Positions 47,589 to 58,421 of a stretch of 64,000 nucleotides of DNA are shown here, in pieces. Source of the DNA: Methanoregula sp. GTDB lineage: Archaea; Halobacteriota; Methanomicrobia; Methanomicrobiales; Methanospirillaceae. The first letter of the stretch is position 1, and each line of letters starts with the position of its first letter. Position numbers and translations under genes: made by a program. Below the pieces are notes generated by a model. That model was not told the DNA's origin. It saw only the letters and a list, made by a program, of their open reading frames with translations, and did no database searches. The stretch covers positions 31,606-95,605 of the forward strand of contig JBDKTL010000043.1 in assembly GCA_039698055.1 (NCBI GenBank), read 5' to 3'.

Positions 47589-49394
47589 TTGAGTGCCCTT
47601 GCTGATATCTCCACCATCGCGCGATGGGAAATAAAAAAGTCGTTCTCGATGATGTCACGGGACGTCCTGCCGATCGCCATTATTCTTTTTGTCCTGCTGG
47701 TTGCTGTCACCGGGTTTGCCGCACAGAGCGGAATGCACCTGCAGGACGGCATCTACGAGATCGGCGTCGATGACCCGGGTCTCGCCCAGCTGTTCGCATC
47801 CGATGCCCGGTTCACCGTATACGAAACCGATGCCCCCACCCTTGTCATGAACAGGGACACGTTTGACCTGATCGTCATCCACGGGCAGGTCTACGGCATC
47901 ACCTCCGAGAAAGGGAAGGCAGCGATAAAAACTCTGGAGAGGGACTACAGCAAATACGTCAACAGCGTCTATAACCGGGAGGACGATCTCTTCGCCGCAT
48001 ACCCGCTCTGGATCGATGTGCAGGGGGTAAAAAGCGAACTGGACTTCCTGGCCACCCAGAGCGGGGAGTACGTGAAGGCAGCACCAAAGAATGTTGTTCC
48101 GGTTCCTGAAGGCGAGATAAAATCGATCCCCACGCCTTCTCCTACGCTTGAATTTTCCCAGGACCAGTTGCGGCAGGAACTGGTGAAAACATCCTCCAAA
48201 AACACCCAGATCTCCCGGTACACCGATGTCCTCTCATCGGGCAGTTCCATGGGAAATTTCAAGACGCCGTCCCAGCTCTCTCCCCCGCTGCCCTTTGATT
48301 CAATCATCCTTGTCTTTGTCTTCATCTTCCCGCTCTACTTCACCTCGCAGTTTTTCATGATGAGCATCATGAACGAGCGCATCGAAAGAAAAGGCGAGGC
48401 ACTTCTCTCCATGCCGGTAAAAACCTCGTCGATCATCATCGGCAAGATGCTCCCGTACTTTATCGGCATGGTCGCAATATGCGCCGCGCTCACCGTGTAC
48501 ATCAAGGCTTCCCCGCTCATCATCCTCCCCCTCATCCCGATCATCTTCTTCTTTCTGGCCAATGCCCTGCTCATCGGGATGCTCTCCCGCAGTTTCAAGG
48601 AACTCTCGTTTGTCTCCATCTTCTTCTCAACGGTCGCGACCTCGTACCTCTTCTTCCCCAGCATCTTTGCAAACGTCCACATTATCAGCCTTATCTCCCC
48701 GCTCACGCTCATCGTCCTCACCCTGCAGGGAACGGCATGGACCCTCACGGATTTTCTCTACTCAACCTCGCTTTTCTGGCTGACGGGCGCCGTGCTCTTC
48801 TATATCGGGGCAAAGAACTTCAAGGAAGAGCGGCTCTTTTCGGAAAAAGGGTTCCTGCACCGGATCCGTGAGTTCCTCGCAGAAGTCCTCTCGCGCCGGC
48901 ACGCGAACATCTCCCTTTTCCTGCTTGCCGGGTTCTCGATACCGTTTGTCTTCATGGTGCAGATGATGTGCCTCGTGCTCTTCTTCAACCTGCCCATGCC
49001 GTACTCGCTGGTATTCCTGATTGTATTTGCCGCATTCATCGAGGAAATCGTAAAAGCGATCGGGATCTATACGTTCTTTGCCGGCGACCATGACTTCCTG
49101 ACATGGAGAAATCTTGTCCTTGGCTGCGCTGCCACGGCAATCGGCTTTCTTGTGGGGGAAAAACTCCTGCTCTTCATCACCCTTGCCCAGATCACCGAAT
49201 CGGTATTCGGGAGCGTCCTCTTCCTCTCGCTGGGTGCGCTCTGGATGCCGCTCCTCCTGCATTTTGCCGGTGTGTTCATTGTTGCCTGCTGCCTGAAATT
49301 CTGGGGGAAAAAGGGGCTTGTGCCGGGCCTGGCTCTCGCCACCATCATCCACTGCCTGTATAACTTCACGATAATTCTGGGGTGGCTTGGATGA
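47589..49394 (+). CDS. ABC-2 type permease with C-terminal PrsW-like intramembrane protease domain
   Basis: ARWEIKK, MNERIERKGEALL..GKMLPY; EEIVK, GFLVGE, LLH, HCLYN. Confidence 0.8.
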   Translation: MSALADISTIARWEIKKSFSMMSRDVLPIAIILFVLLVAVTGFAAQSGMHLQDGIYEIGVDDPGLAQLFASDARFTVYETDAPTLVMNRDTFDLIVIHGQVYGITSEKGKAAIKTLERDYSKYVNSVYNREDDLFAAYPLWIDVQGVKSELDFLATQSGEYVKAAPKNVVPVPEGEIKSIPTPSPTLEFSQDQLRQELVKTSSKNTQISRYTDVLSSGSSMGNFKTPSQLSPPLPFDSIILVFVFIFPLYFTSQFFMMSIMNERIERKGEALLSMPVKTSSIIIGKMLPYFIGMVAICAALTVYIKASPLIILPLIPIIFFFLANALLIGMLSRSFKELSFVSIFFSTVATSYLFFPSIFANVHIISLISPLTLIVLTLQGTAWTLTDFLYSTSLFWLTGAVLFYIGAKNFKEERLFSEKGFLHRIREFLAEVLSRRHANISLFLLAGFSIPFVFMVQMMCLVLFFNLPMPYSLVFLIVFAAFIEEIVKAIGIYTFFAGDHDFLTWRNLVLGCAATAIGFLVGEKLLLFITLAQITESVFGSVLFLSLGALWMPLLLHFAGVFIVACCLKFWGKKGLVPGLALATIIHCLYNFTIILGWLG

Positions 49395-50467
49395 AACCCC
49401 GGCATCTCTCCATTATCGCCAAAAAAGAGTTCCGGGGGCTCTTTAACGAACGGACGATCCTGCTTGCCGTCGTGCTCCAGCTTTTTGTGGCGTTGTTCTC
49501 ATCGTTTTTAATGGTCGGGCTCACCTCGATGTACGACCCGTCATCGCTCTCGCAGTACTCCCATTACCGGTACAGCGTCGCGTACGTGGGTAACGATTCG
49601 GCAGTCCTTGACTATCTCGAAAAAAGCCCGGACTTCACCGTCTACAAAATGGAACTTTCTCCCGCAGTAGCAGCACTCAAAGAGCGCAAACTGGCGGCGG
49701 TGATCTATGTGCCCGACACGAGCCCGGATGCACAGGAACCGGTAAAGATCACGCTCTATTCGCTCTCAAACGATATCCAGAGCGCCATTGTCGATGTCAA
49801 GGCAAAAGAGATCTTTTTGTCCTATGAAAAAGACCTGCGGGAGATCCGTGCCTATCGCCTCAACGAGCTGCCGGTGCCGGTCAGCATCCCCAAAACCCGT
49901 GGCGGGGACTTCTACGAGTTTGTGTACGGGCTGCTGATCCCTCTCCTCGTCTTTATGCCGGCGATCATCGCATCCGCGCTCGTGATTGATCTCATCACCG
50001 AGGAATACCAGCACGAAACACTGGAGACGCTGGTCTCAACACCGGTGACTTTTGCCGAGATGGTCTGGGGCAAAGTGCTCGCCTGCGAACTGCTTGTCCC
50101 GGTACAGGCAGGCGCATGGCTGATCCTGCTGATGGCAAACGGCATCGCCATACAAAATCCCGTACTGATTTTAATCCATGTCTGCATCTCGTCCCTGATC
50201 CTGATCCTGCTCGGCGCTCTTGTTGCCCTGCACTACCGTGAGCGCACTGCTGCGCAGTTCATCTTCTCAACCGCACTTGTCGTCGTCATCCTGTTCGCGC
50301 TTGCCCTGCCGGCAAACCCGCTCAATATCCTGACCCAGCTCGCGGTCGGGACTGCGGGCACGACCCAGTGGATGGTCCTTGGGGTAACCGTCATTGCCGT
50401 CATCATCCTTTCGTATGTTACTTTCCGGTTTGCGGAGCGGGTGGGGCGGGAACATCATACCTCGTAA
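49391..50467 (+). CDS. ABC-2 type permease
   Basis: IAKKEFR, ITEEYQHETLETLVSTP..GKV. Confidence 0.85.
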   Translation: MKPRHLSIIAKKEFRGLFNERTILLAVVLQLFVALFSSFLMVGLTSMYDPSSLSQYSHYRYSVAYVGNDSAVLDYLEKSPDFTVYKMELSPAVAALKERKLAAVIYVPDTSPDAQEPVKITLYSLSNDIQSAIVDVKAKEIFLSYEKDLREIRAYRLNELPVPVSIPKTRGGDFYEFVYGLLIPLLVFMPAIIASALVIDLITEEYQHETLETLVSTPVTFAEMVWGKVLACELLVPVQAGAWLILLMANGIAIQNPVLILIHVCISSLILILLGALVALHYRERTAAQFIFSTALVVVILFALALPANPLNILTQLAVGTAGTTQWMVLGVTVIAVIILSYVTFRFAERVGREHHTS

Positions 50468-50605
50468 CTGCGGGTCGTAATCGAAAATGCCGGTAGTCCA
50501 TGCGGGAGCTGGTGAGGGAAAAGGGATGAAAAAAAGGGTACCATACGGCAGCCCGTGCTTTTTTAGTCACCGCATGCAGGGCTTGTGTTCGCTTGCAAAA
50601 AAGGG

Positions 50606-51085
50606 TTAGTACCGGTATGACATGATCGATTCGTCGATCACCTTGTATTCCTTGCCGCTCGAAGTCACGTACACCTCGCTCCGGTCGCTTCCCCGCGATC
50701 CCACAATAATTATTTCATCGCCGCGCCGGGGTTTCTGTCCGGCATCCATGACCCGGTTGATGACGGTGCCGTCAGAGAGGGTGACGACCATGCGGATTGA
50801 CTGGACATAACCTTCTCCCATACCCCCGTTGTAGAGCAGGTGGATCGTTCCGTCCGTCCGGTCTTTTGTCAGCTGGAGATCCACGAACTGCTCCGGGGGG
50901 AGGGTAACCACCAGGTCAAGTGTCGTTATTGGTGTTGGCGGGCTGGTGACCGCAGCAGTAGTTGCCGTCTGGGGACCCGTGGTTTCAACCGGTGTGATCG
51001 CTACCTCCGAGGGGCTGGTACACCCGGCAAAAAGCGCACAGCAGATAAGCGCGGAAAAAGCAAGGAGAATATATGGGCATTTCAT
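50606..51085 (-). CDS. Hypothetical lipoprotein
   Basis: LFAGC lipobox-like motif, Thr-rich linker. Confidence 0.75.
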   Translation of the reverse strand: MKCPYILLAFSALICCALFAGCTSPSEVAITPVETTGPQTATTAAVTSPPTPITTLDLVVTLPPEQFVDLQLTKDRTDGTIHLLYNGGMGEGYVQSIRMVVTLSDGTVINRVMDAGQKPRRGDEIIIVGSRGSDRSEVYVTSSGKEYKVIDESIMSYRY

Positions 51086-51276
51086 AAAGGAATGCTTTCA
51101 TTTGTGTATATTTCTTATTTGTGCTCCGGGCGGACGCGTACGGTAAAGAAGAATTTTTCCGGAATATTTCTTCTCTTATACCCATTCCGGGCCGTTCCCG
51201 TCATCAAAATTGGCGATAAGAACAGTTAAATTAAAAAGGACACCCGGATTAACTCTACATATCAGGAGTACAAGGA

Positions 51277-51891
51277 ATGTTCTGTCCAAAGTGTGGAAAA
51301 GAAACTGATGCCTCCGGACAATTCTGCCAGTGGTGCGGAGCAACGATCGAGCCGGCTCCGGCAAAATCGGTTGCAATTGCCGCCCCGGAAGAAGTGGAAG
51401 GGCCGGAACTGGGCATCTACGCCGGGCTGGGCCGGCGGTTTATCGCTTTTATTATCGATATCATTCTCATTCTCATTATCGGAGCCGTCGTTATATCGTT
51501 TTTTAACCTCATCAACGGGATCAAATACCTCTATTACCTTACGGTCAGCCATGCATCGATCCATTCACTCACGGAAGCGGGAACAGTGGACGCGGCAGTC
51601 GGCCCGATCGTTGCATCCGTTGGTATGTTGATCATCATCATCCCCTGGATCTATTATGCAGGGTTTGAATCCTCACGCAGCCAGGCGACCCCCGGCAAGG
51701 TGCTGATGAAAATTGAGGTGACTGATCTCGACGGGACCCGGCCTACCTTTGCCCGGGCGACGCTCCGGCACTTTGCGAAATTCATCTCGGCGCTGATCAT
51801 CTTCATCGGATTCCTGATGATCGGGCTCACCAAAAAGAAACAGGGGCTTCACGACAAGATCGCCGGCTGCCTTGTTCTCCTCCAGGAATAA
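51277..51891 (+). CDS. Zinc-ribbon + RDD family membrane protein
   Basis: FCPKCG..FCQWCG; YAGLGRRFIAFIID, QATPGK, QGLHDKIAG. Confidence 0.92.
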   Translation: MFCPKCGKETDASGQFCQWCGATIEPAPAKSVAIAAPEEVEGPELGIYAGLGRRFIAFIIDIILILIIGAVVISFFNLINGIKYLYYLTVSHASIHSLTEAGTVDAAVGPIVASVGMLIIIIPWIYYAGFESSRSQATPGKVLMKIEVTDLDGTRPTFARATLRHFAKFISALIIFIGFLMIGLTKKKQGLHDKIAGCLVLLQE

Positions 51892-52005
51892 CTTTCTTTC
51901 TTTTAATTTGGTTTATTGTTGTGCGATGCTTATCAGATGCCGGTGGCATTGCGGAGTTATGAATTTTTTACCGCCAGATAATACCGGCGGGACAACCGGC
52001 TCTCT

Positions 52006-52260
52006 TCAATGGTACCTGAATTTCATCCACACTAAAAACAGGATAAGGATGAACGTGATGAGGTTTGCCGCGATAATCGGGAGCGATCCGATCCATATCC
52101 CGTATACCGTCCAGAGCAGGACGCCGATTGCAAAGAGCAGGAGCATCGCAAGTGAGAGGTCTTTTGTCTCTTTGAGTTTCCAGCTCCTGAGCACCTGCGG
52201 GACAAACGAGAGCGTGGTGAGCGCCCCCGCAATGCATCCAACAAGAACAATGGTATCCAT
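52006..52260 (-). CDS. SemiSWEET (PQ-loop) transporter
   Basis: TTLSFVPQV, TKDLSL, LWTVYG, PIIAAN; three TM helices. Confidence 0.9.
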   Translation of the reverse strand: MDTIVLVGCIAGALTTLSFVPQVLRSWKLKETKDLSLAMLLLFAIGVLLWTVYGIWIGSLPIIAANLITFILILFLVWMKFRYH

Positions 52261-52613
52261 GAAGTATCTCCAAAACTATGTGTTTCCCCTCGATTTATAC
52301 CGGTGGGCGGTTGCGGGAGTATCCTTGTGAATGTGTGTACGGAACGGTGCCCCGCCCCGTTGTCCGGACCAGTACCGGTTCATTTCCTGTACAGGTACAG
52401 CAGTGTCCATAAATTCTCCGGAATAACCATCAGCAACAGAACAGGTAATAAGAATCGGTCGCGGAGCGCGAAAGTGGGTGATCTGTGAGTGTGTGTTTAG
52501 GAAATACTGAATTCTTTTAAACCCTCTAAAATAAATCTGCCGGCCGGTTTCCTGCGCTTCCCGACAACCTGTTTTTTGGGGGGTGAAGAAACCGGAGAAC
52601 CAGACAACAGATC

Positions 52614-53420
52614 CTATTTCCGTGCAGTGGCCTTGAAGAAGGTGTAGCAGAAGACACCATCCGGATCAGCCGTCCGGTAGAGTGCGGCAATCCCCCGCTC
52701 CCATGCATCCCGGCTCATCAGACCCTGCTGTTGCACTTCTTCGGCAACACCCTCGACCATCGCGGTGAAGGTCAGTTTGGTAAATCCCTCGACCAGTTGC
52801 GGACGGGATGCATCAACATAGACCATTCGCGGCGAGACGCTGACACCTGAATATCCTGCACCGGCCACCAGCGGGTAGAGCTGCCTCCCAATCAGGGCAT
52901 TGCCGCCCATCTTCTGCTGGATTTCAACCAGGCACTCAATCGCCCGGTGTGCGTCTGCACTCATTGGGTAAAAAAAGGTAGACCCGTGATCCCCTTCGAT
53001 GACAGTGAGCGTCCCGCCATCGTCAAGAAGCGGACGGAGCTGCTCCAATGCCCGCTGCGGTTCTACGAGATGCTCCAGCACAAAGCAGACAAAGATATGA
53101 TCGAAGCTGGCCGGTTCAAACGGAAGATGAAAAATATCCCCCTGCCGGAATGTGACGTTGGTGATGTTCTCCCTGTGGATATTTTCCTGTGCCCTTTTAA
53201 GGGAGTCCTCGGAAATATCGACTGAGGTAATCTGTGCGGCCGGGCTGTTTTTTGCCAGGATCACGGTCTGGGCCCCAATCCCGCAACCAGCCTCAAGCAC
53301 CCGGGAGCCGGCCGGGTAATGCGTATCATGATGGAGAAGGTCCGTAAGCGTCTGGGCCTGATCCGCGAGCCGCTCCGACTCGCGTGCTGAATATCCATGA
53401 ACATACTTGTGGTGTACCAT
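52614..53420 (-). CDS. Class I SAM-dependent methyltransferase
   Basis: YVHGYS..ERLADQA, VLEAGCGIG, FDHIFVCFVLEHL. Start re-set to MVHHKY. Confidence 0.88.
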   Translation of the reverse strand: MVHHKYVHGYSARESERLADQAQTLTDLLHHDTHYPAGSRVLEAGCGIGAQTVILAKNSPAAQITSVDISEDSLKRAQENIHRENITNVTFRQGDIFHLPFEPASFDHIFVCFVLEHLVEPQRALEQLRPLLDDGGTLTVIEGDHGSTFFYPMSADAHRAIECLVEIQQKMGGNALIGRQLYPLVAGAGYSGVSVSPRMVYVDASRPQLVEGFTKLTFTAMVEGVAEEVQQQGLMSRDAWERGIAALYRTADPDGVFCYTFFKATARK

Positions 53421-53631
53421 ACGCATCCTCACGAGTACCGGTGTATCCGGCGGGGGTTCATCGCGTTTTGTATAATTTTGTCGGTTGTTGTACAAAAATG
53501 TACTGTAGAGGCAAATAGTTCCGGCTACGGGTATGGTGGTACCTGTTCTGCCTGATTCCTTCAACGGAGATCAAGAAAATTCCTGGGAACAACCCCTTAA
53601 AAAAACAAAAACGAGCGATCAATGAAAACAA

Positions 53632-53705
53632 GGCCAGGGCCGAGATTTGAACCCGGGTCGAGGGATCCACAGTCCCTTAGGATAACCAGACTACCCTACC
53701 CTGGC
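53632..53705 (-). tRNA. tRNA-His(GTG), G-1 not genome-encoded
   Basis: Reverse complement GCCAGGG...AGGGA-CTGTGGA-TCCCT...GGTTCAAATC...CCCTGGC-C; base at -1 is T, discriminator is C. Confidence 0.95.
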
Positions 53706-53991
53706 AGATGTCCCTTTTAACTTGGCAGTGTACTCTGATTAATTTATCTCCTTTGCCCTCCCGGTTGTTCGTGCGCTTTGGGTGCAGGAACCGCACATGG
53801 GCAAAAAAACAGCACAGGTTTTTACCGGCTGATGGAGTGATTATTAATAACACCGGGCATCCATAACATAACAGGTGGCTCTGAAAGACTTTTCATAGGT
53901 ATAACGTGGAACGTTACGTCACGTTCTACCGGGGATGAGAGGGCTATTGTTCATCCCGTATCAGAGCAAGCGACATCAGGAGGTGGGAGCT

Positions 53992-55770
53992 ATGGCGCAA
54001 AACCCGAAGATCAGGACGCCGATTGTCTGTGTAATGGGCCATGTTGATCACGGGAAAACGTCCCTGCTTGACCGCATCAGGGGCTCATCGGTGGTCGCAT
54101 CGGAAGCAGGTGCAATCACCCAGCATATCGGTGCCACGGTCGTTCCCATCGAGGCGATCCGGGCCCTGAGCGGATCCATGGAGAAGATCCCAATCAACAT
54201 CCCGGGCCTTCTCTTCATCGATACACCGGGACACCATGCCTTCACGACCCTGCGTGCCCGGGGCGGTGCGCTCGCAGACATGGCAATCCTCGTCGTCGAT
54301 ATCAACCAGGGATTCCAGCCCCAGACCATTGAGGCGCTCCAGATCCTGCGCAACTGCAAGACGCCGTTTGTCATTGCCGCCACTAAAATCGACCGGGTCC
54401 ATGGGTGGCGGAAAAACGAGAATGCACCGTTCCTGTCGACATTCAATACACAGAACGAGCGGGTAAAAACCGATATCGAGACCAAGACGTACGAGATTGT
54501 CGGAAAACTGTCCGATCTCGGGTTCTCAGCCGACCGGTTTGACCGGGTATCGGATTTCCAGCGGAACCTCGCCATCGTCCCCCTGAGCGCCCATACCGGG
54601 GAAGGCATTGCCGACCTGCTCATGATCATGATAGGTCTTGCCCAGCGGTACATGGGAAGCGAACTCGCGCTTTCGGTAGAAGGCCCGGGCGCCGGTACCG
54701 TGCTCGAAGTCAAGGAAGAGCGGGGACTGGGCCCGACCCTTGATGTGATTCTCTACGATGGGACACTCTCGGTCGGTGACGAGATTGCCCTTGCCACGCA
54801 GGACGAGGTTATTGTCACCAAGGTACGCTCGCTCTTAAAACCCCACCCGATGAAGGAGATCCTCGTGGAGGAAAAGTTCGAGCGGGCAAAATCTGTCGTC
54901 GCGGCAGCCGGTATCAAAGTTTCGGCTCCAGGCCTCGAACGGGTAATCGCCGGTTCGCCGCTTTTTGTTATCAGAGGCAACCTGCCGGAGATTGAAGAGC
55001 GCATCAAAAAGGAGATGAGCGAGATCCACGTCACCCTCTCCGATGAGGGGATCGTAATCAAGGCGGATACGATCGGTGCGCTCGAAGCGCTCTGCAAGGA
55101 GCTGGAGAGCAAACAGATAGGTGTGATGCGTGCAGAAGTCGGGCCGGTGAGCCGCCATGACCTCATCGACACCGAGACGATAAAAAATCCCCTGTGCCGG
55201 GTGCTTCTCTCGTTCAACACGCCAACCCTTCCTGACGCCGCAGAGATGATCAAGGACCCGCTCTATACACAGGTCAAGGTCTTTGACGGTAAAGTGATCT
55301 ACCAGTTGATCGACCAGTACATTGCATGGAAGGACGAGCAGAAACGGATCGCCGACCGCCAGCAGTTCGAGCATGTGATGATGCCGGCAAAGATCCGGCT
55401 CCTGCCGGACTGCGTGTTCCGGCAGAGCAACCCGGCAGTGGTCGGGGTAAGGGTCCTGAGCGGAAAACTCCGGAGCGATGTGGACCTGATCAAAACCGAC
55501 GGCAAAAAGGTCGGCCACCTGAAATCCATGCAGCTGCGGCAGGAAACGATTCGGGAAGCGGATGCCGGTCTTGAAGTGGCAATATCCATTGAAGGCGCCA
55601 CGGTCGGGCGGCAGGTAAACGTCGGGGATGATCTCTTTGTGGATGTCCCCGAGCGGCATGTGAAAGTGCTTGAGCGGGAGATGATGAAGAACCTGAACGT
55701 GAGTACGCAGGAAGTGCTGCTGGAGTTCACCTCGCTCAAGCGCAAAACCGAACCGTTCTGGGGCAAATAA
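53992..55770 (+). CDS. infB: Translation initiation factor aIF5B (IF-2)
   Basis: RTPIVCVMGHVDHGKTSLLD, EAGAITQHIGA, DTPGH, TKID. Confidence 0.97.
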   Translation: MAQNPKIRTPIVCVMGHVDHGKTSLLDRIRGSSVVASEAGAITQHIGATVVPIEAIRALSGSMEKIPINIPGLLFIDTPGHHAFTTLRARGGALADMAILVVDINQGFQPQTIEALQILRNCKTPFVIAATKIDRVHGWRKNENAPFLSTFNTQNERVKTDIETKTYEIVGKLSDLGFSADRFDRVSDFQRNLAIVPLSAHTGEGIADLLMIMIGLAQRYMGSELALSVEGPGAGTVLEVKEERGLGPTLDVILYDGTLSVGDEIALATQDEVIVTKVRSLLKPHPMKEILVEEKFERAKSVVAAAGIKVSAPGLERVIAGSPLFVIRGNLPEIEERIKKEMSEIHVTLSDEGIVIKADTIGALEALCKELESKQIGVMRAEVGPVSRHDLIDTETIKNPLCRVLLSFNTPTLPDAAEMIKDPLYTQVKVFDGKVIYQLIDQYIAWKDEQKRIADRQQFEHVMMPAKIRLLPDCVFRQSNPAVVGVRVLSGKLRSDVDLIKTDGKKVGHLKSMQLRQETIREADAGLEVAISIEGATVGRQVNVGDDLFVDVPERHVKVLEREMMKNLNVSTQEVLLEFTSLKRKTEPFWGK

Positions 55771-55926
55771 TATTCATGCTTCCGGGCCACGCGAGGATTT
55801 AATAGCGTACCAGTATAATTAAATGGGTACTTCACATGTATGGGCGTAGAGCGCCGTCAGCTGGAGAGTAATAAAGAAACCCGGGAACTACGGGGTTTTT
55901 AAAAAAACCGATAAGGAGCAGTAAGA

Positions 55927-56364
55927 ATGGTTGAGTTAAAGGTTGTCGTATCAGACCCAAAGACCGGTCGCGCATATAATGTTGCTGCCGGCACTGGCGC
56001 CGCTGGGGCGATTGTTGGCAAACGTATCGGAGATGAAGTGGACGCAGGATCGCTGGGTCTTGCCGGCTATAAGATTTTGATCACCGGCGGTTCAGACCTG
56101 ACGGGCACTCCCGCACGCAGGAGCCTGCCCGGTGCCGGGCGCAGGAAACTGCTCCTTGCCGAGGGTGTCGGGTTCCACCCGGTGATGGAAGGCGAACGCA
56201 AGCGCAAGATGATCCGCGCAAACGAAGTCACTTCAGATTTTGTCCAGGTCAACGCCCGGGTGACAGGATATGGGGATAAGCCCCTCGATGAAATCTTCCC
56301 AAAAGCTGAGCCCGGTACAGAAAAGCCCGCTGAGAAGGGGAAGAGAGACAAGACGCGCAAATAA
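55927..56364 (+). CDS. rps6e: 30S ribosomal protein S6e
   Basis: KVVVSDPKTG, ITGGSD..G, GERKRKMIR. Confidence 0.95.
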   Translation: MVELKVVVSDPKTGRAYNVAAGTGAAGAIVGKRIGDEVDAGSLGLAGYKILITGGSDLTGTPARRSLPGAGRRKLLLAEGVGFHPVMEGERKRKMIRANEVTSDFVQVNARVTGYGDKPLDEIFPKAEPGTEKPAEKGKRDKTRK

Positions 56365-56483
56365 TTTAAAAAAAAAATACTTTTTTAAAAACGGGGAGCC
56401 GCCCGGTTTTTCACTGGCACGCGATGGGTTTACTGTCAGCAGGAAAAAAAAAGAGACGCGACAGGTCATGGTCGCGGTACAGG

Positions 56484-57017
56484 TTATACTGCTGCCGAGA
56501 TGTCAACAGTCCCGTACGCTGACATGGTGCTGCCGGATTTCAGCAGGTTGCCGTTCTTGTAGATCTCGACAGTGAGCGCGTGCTTTGTCGTTCCATCCTC
56601 TTTTCTGAAACTGGCAGTAACGGTGCCGGCCGCTGTGTCAAGCGAGTAGACCTGTGTTCCTGAATTTTTTACGGTCTGTACCTGCCCGCCGGACCCGTAT
56701 GAACCGGAAAATGACCCGACATAATCCACTTTCACGATCACACCTTCACCCGGCACCGTTACCGGCGTGGTCTCCCTTACGATAACCGGCACCGTGGAGG
56801 TTCCAGATGGCGTACTGGTTGCGGACACATGAGGTGTGGAGGTGGAGGTGCCCACTACCCCGGTCTGGACAGGAGATGCATCATGGGCATTTTCTCCGAC
56901 AGGTATTCCACCGCCGGATGAATAGACTACGGCAATGATAACGACAGCGGCAATACCGGCTACCGTGGCAACCATAAGCCACGGGATGTCTTTTGATTTG
57001 TGCCTGCTCCCTCGCAT
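56484..57017 (-). CDS. Hypothetical membrane-anchored protein
   Basis: Single TM, Thr/Ser-rich linker, beta-rich C-terminal domain; start approximate. Confidence 0.7.
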   Translation of the reverse strand: MRGSRHKSKDIPWLMVATVAGIAAVVIIAVVYSSGGGIPVGENAHDASPVQTGVVGTSTSTPHVSATSTPSGTSTVPVIVRETTPVTVPGEGVIVKVDYVGSFSGSYGSGGQVQTVKNSGTQVYSLDTAAGTVTASFRKEDGTTKHALTVEIYKNGNLLKSGSTMSAYGTVDISAAV

Positions 57018-57308
57018 AGGTACTATATTCGCGTCCTTGGATATGAAAATCGTTCTGCCGGTTTCAGTTTTTATCAGGTAAATTATCAAACCTGTTTTTG
57101 CCGGATGGATTCCATCATGCAGGAGCGATCAGAAAAAAAATCCAGCCATATACTCCCCTTTCAGACAGGGTGTCCGAAAAAACCGGGTACAACCCCGATA
57201 CCAGGCAGGAGCCATGCTCAAACCATATGACCTTCAGTGTGTTCCTCTCATCCATCGTGAGACCGGGAGGCACACTGGGGAGACCGGTTGATATTTTAAA
57301 GCAATACG

Positions 57309-57782
57309 TTACAGTGATTGGCCGTTTTTTATGAGCTTTGCGGTGAGGGAATCAAGCTGATCCTCAAAGGGAACCGCATATTTTTTTGCGAGGATGACCA
57401 GCGCTGCCGGGGGGAGGAGGTTGCCATTGAACTGATCCTTGATGATATGGTTCATTTCCGCTACCACATCGGTTTCCTGCATGCCGCGAGCCGCACTTAT
57501 CCGGGCGATCAATTCCTGCGCAGGATCGTGTTTCTCAAAGATTGACGATGCGGGTTTGAACCCGATCGGAATGGTAACCGTGGCCGGATCAAAGACTGCC
57601 GAATAAATGCCGTTTTCCTGTCGGATGAGCCCTTCTTCTTCAGCCCGCCTGAGCAGGAGGTTCGCCTGATCTGTACTCATCCATTTGCGGTCGAGCGCAT
57701 AGTAGTACACGAGCTCGTTTTTCCGCATTCCCGTTTTCCGGGTATGTTTGAACGGTGCAGCGACCGTGGTTTTTAAGGTCAC
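57309..57782 (-). CDS. DUF2240 family protein
   Basis: TVAAPFK..LDRKWMSTDQA..IPIGFKP, typical of this archaeal family. Confidence 0.8.
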   Translation of the reverse strand: MTLKTTVAAPFKHTRKTGMRKNELVYYYALDRKWMSTDQANLLLRRAEEEGLIRQENGIYSAVFDPATVTIPIGFKPASSIFEKHDPAQELIARISAARGMQETDVVAEMNHIIKDQFNGNLLPPAALVILAKKYAVPFEDQLDSLTAKLIKNGQSL

Positions 57783-58201
57783 TTTCCGGTCCCAAGCAGG
57801 ATATTTTTCATATCGAGCGCATCCAGTCCTTCGGCACGCCCTTCCTTTGCGATATCGATATCGGTTGTCGCAACCCGGTCAGAAAGCCGTATGTAAAAGA
57901 TATCGTTTGCGATCGGAACTTTTCCCCCGCCCCGCAGTGCCAGCGCAAGCACGGACACCCTGAGATCTGCTGCTTCGGTGATGACCCCGGGCCGGATGAT
58001 ATCGGGGGTGATATCCCCAAACGTCGCACGGTCAATGGCTACCTCTACCCGGGTTTTTATCCTGACAAGTTCCTTGCCCGTGGTCTTTGTAGATTCCTGG
58101 TTATCGAGCTCGGCAAGATATTTCAGCGTTTCCAGAAAGGGCATCCCCATGGTAAACGAGAGATCCACCCGCTGGGGGAACCGATAATAGATCCTTCGCA
58201 T
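57779..58201 (-). CDS. Hypothetical protein
   Basis: 4-bp overlap with the DUF2240 gene; start uncertain. Confidence 0.6.
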   Translation of the reverse strand: MRRIYYRFPQRVDLSFTMGMPFLETLKYLAELDNQESTKTTGKELVRIKTRVEVAIDRATFGDITPDIIRPGVITEAADLRVSVLALALRGGGKVPIANDIFYIRLSDRVATTDIDIAKEGRAEGLDALDMKNILLGTGK

Positions 58202-58421
58202 AGCTACAGTATGTGGAGGTTGAAAAGAAAAAAGATTGCTAAACCGGTAGCGGGGATATACCGGAAATCATGCGTAAAAGATGTGGTATGTTTCCCACAT
58301 CAGAAAAATTTGGGGATGCCCATGATTTGGGAGCGTATTCTTTTTGTTCAAGATCCCGTATATCGTGTCCCGCGACACAAAAATACGCTGAATGCAGAAA
58401 TAAGCGATTTTAAAAAAAAGT

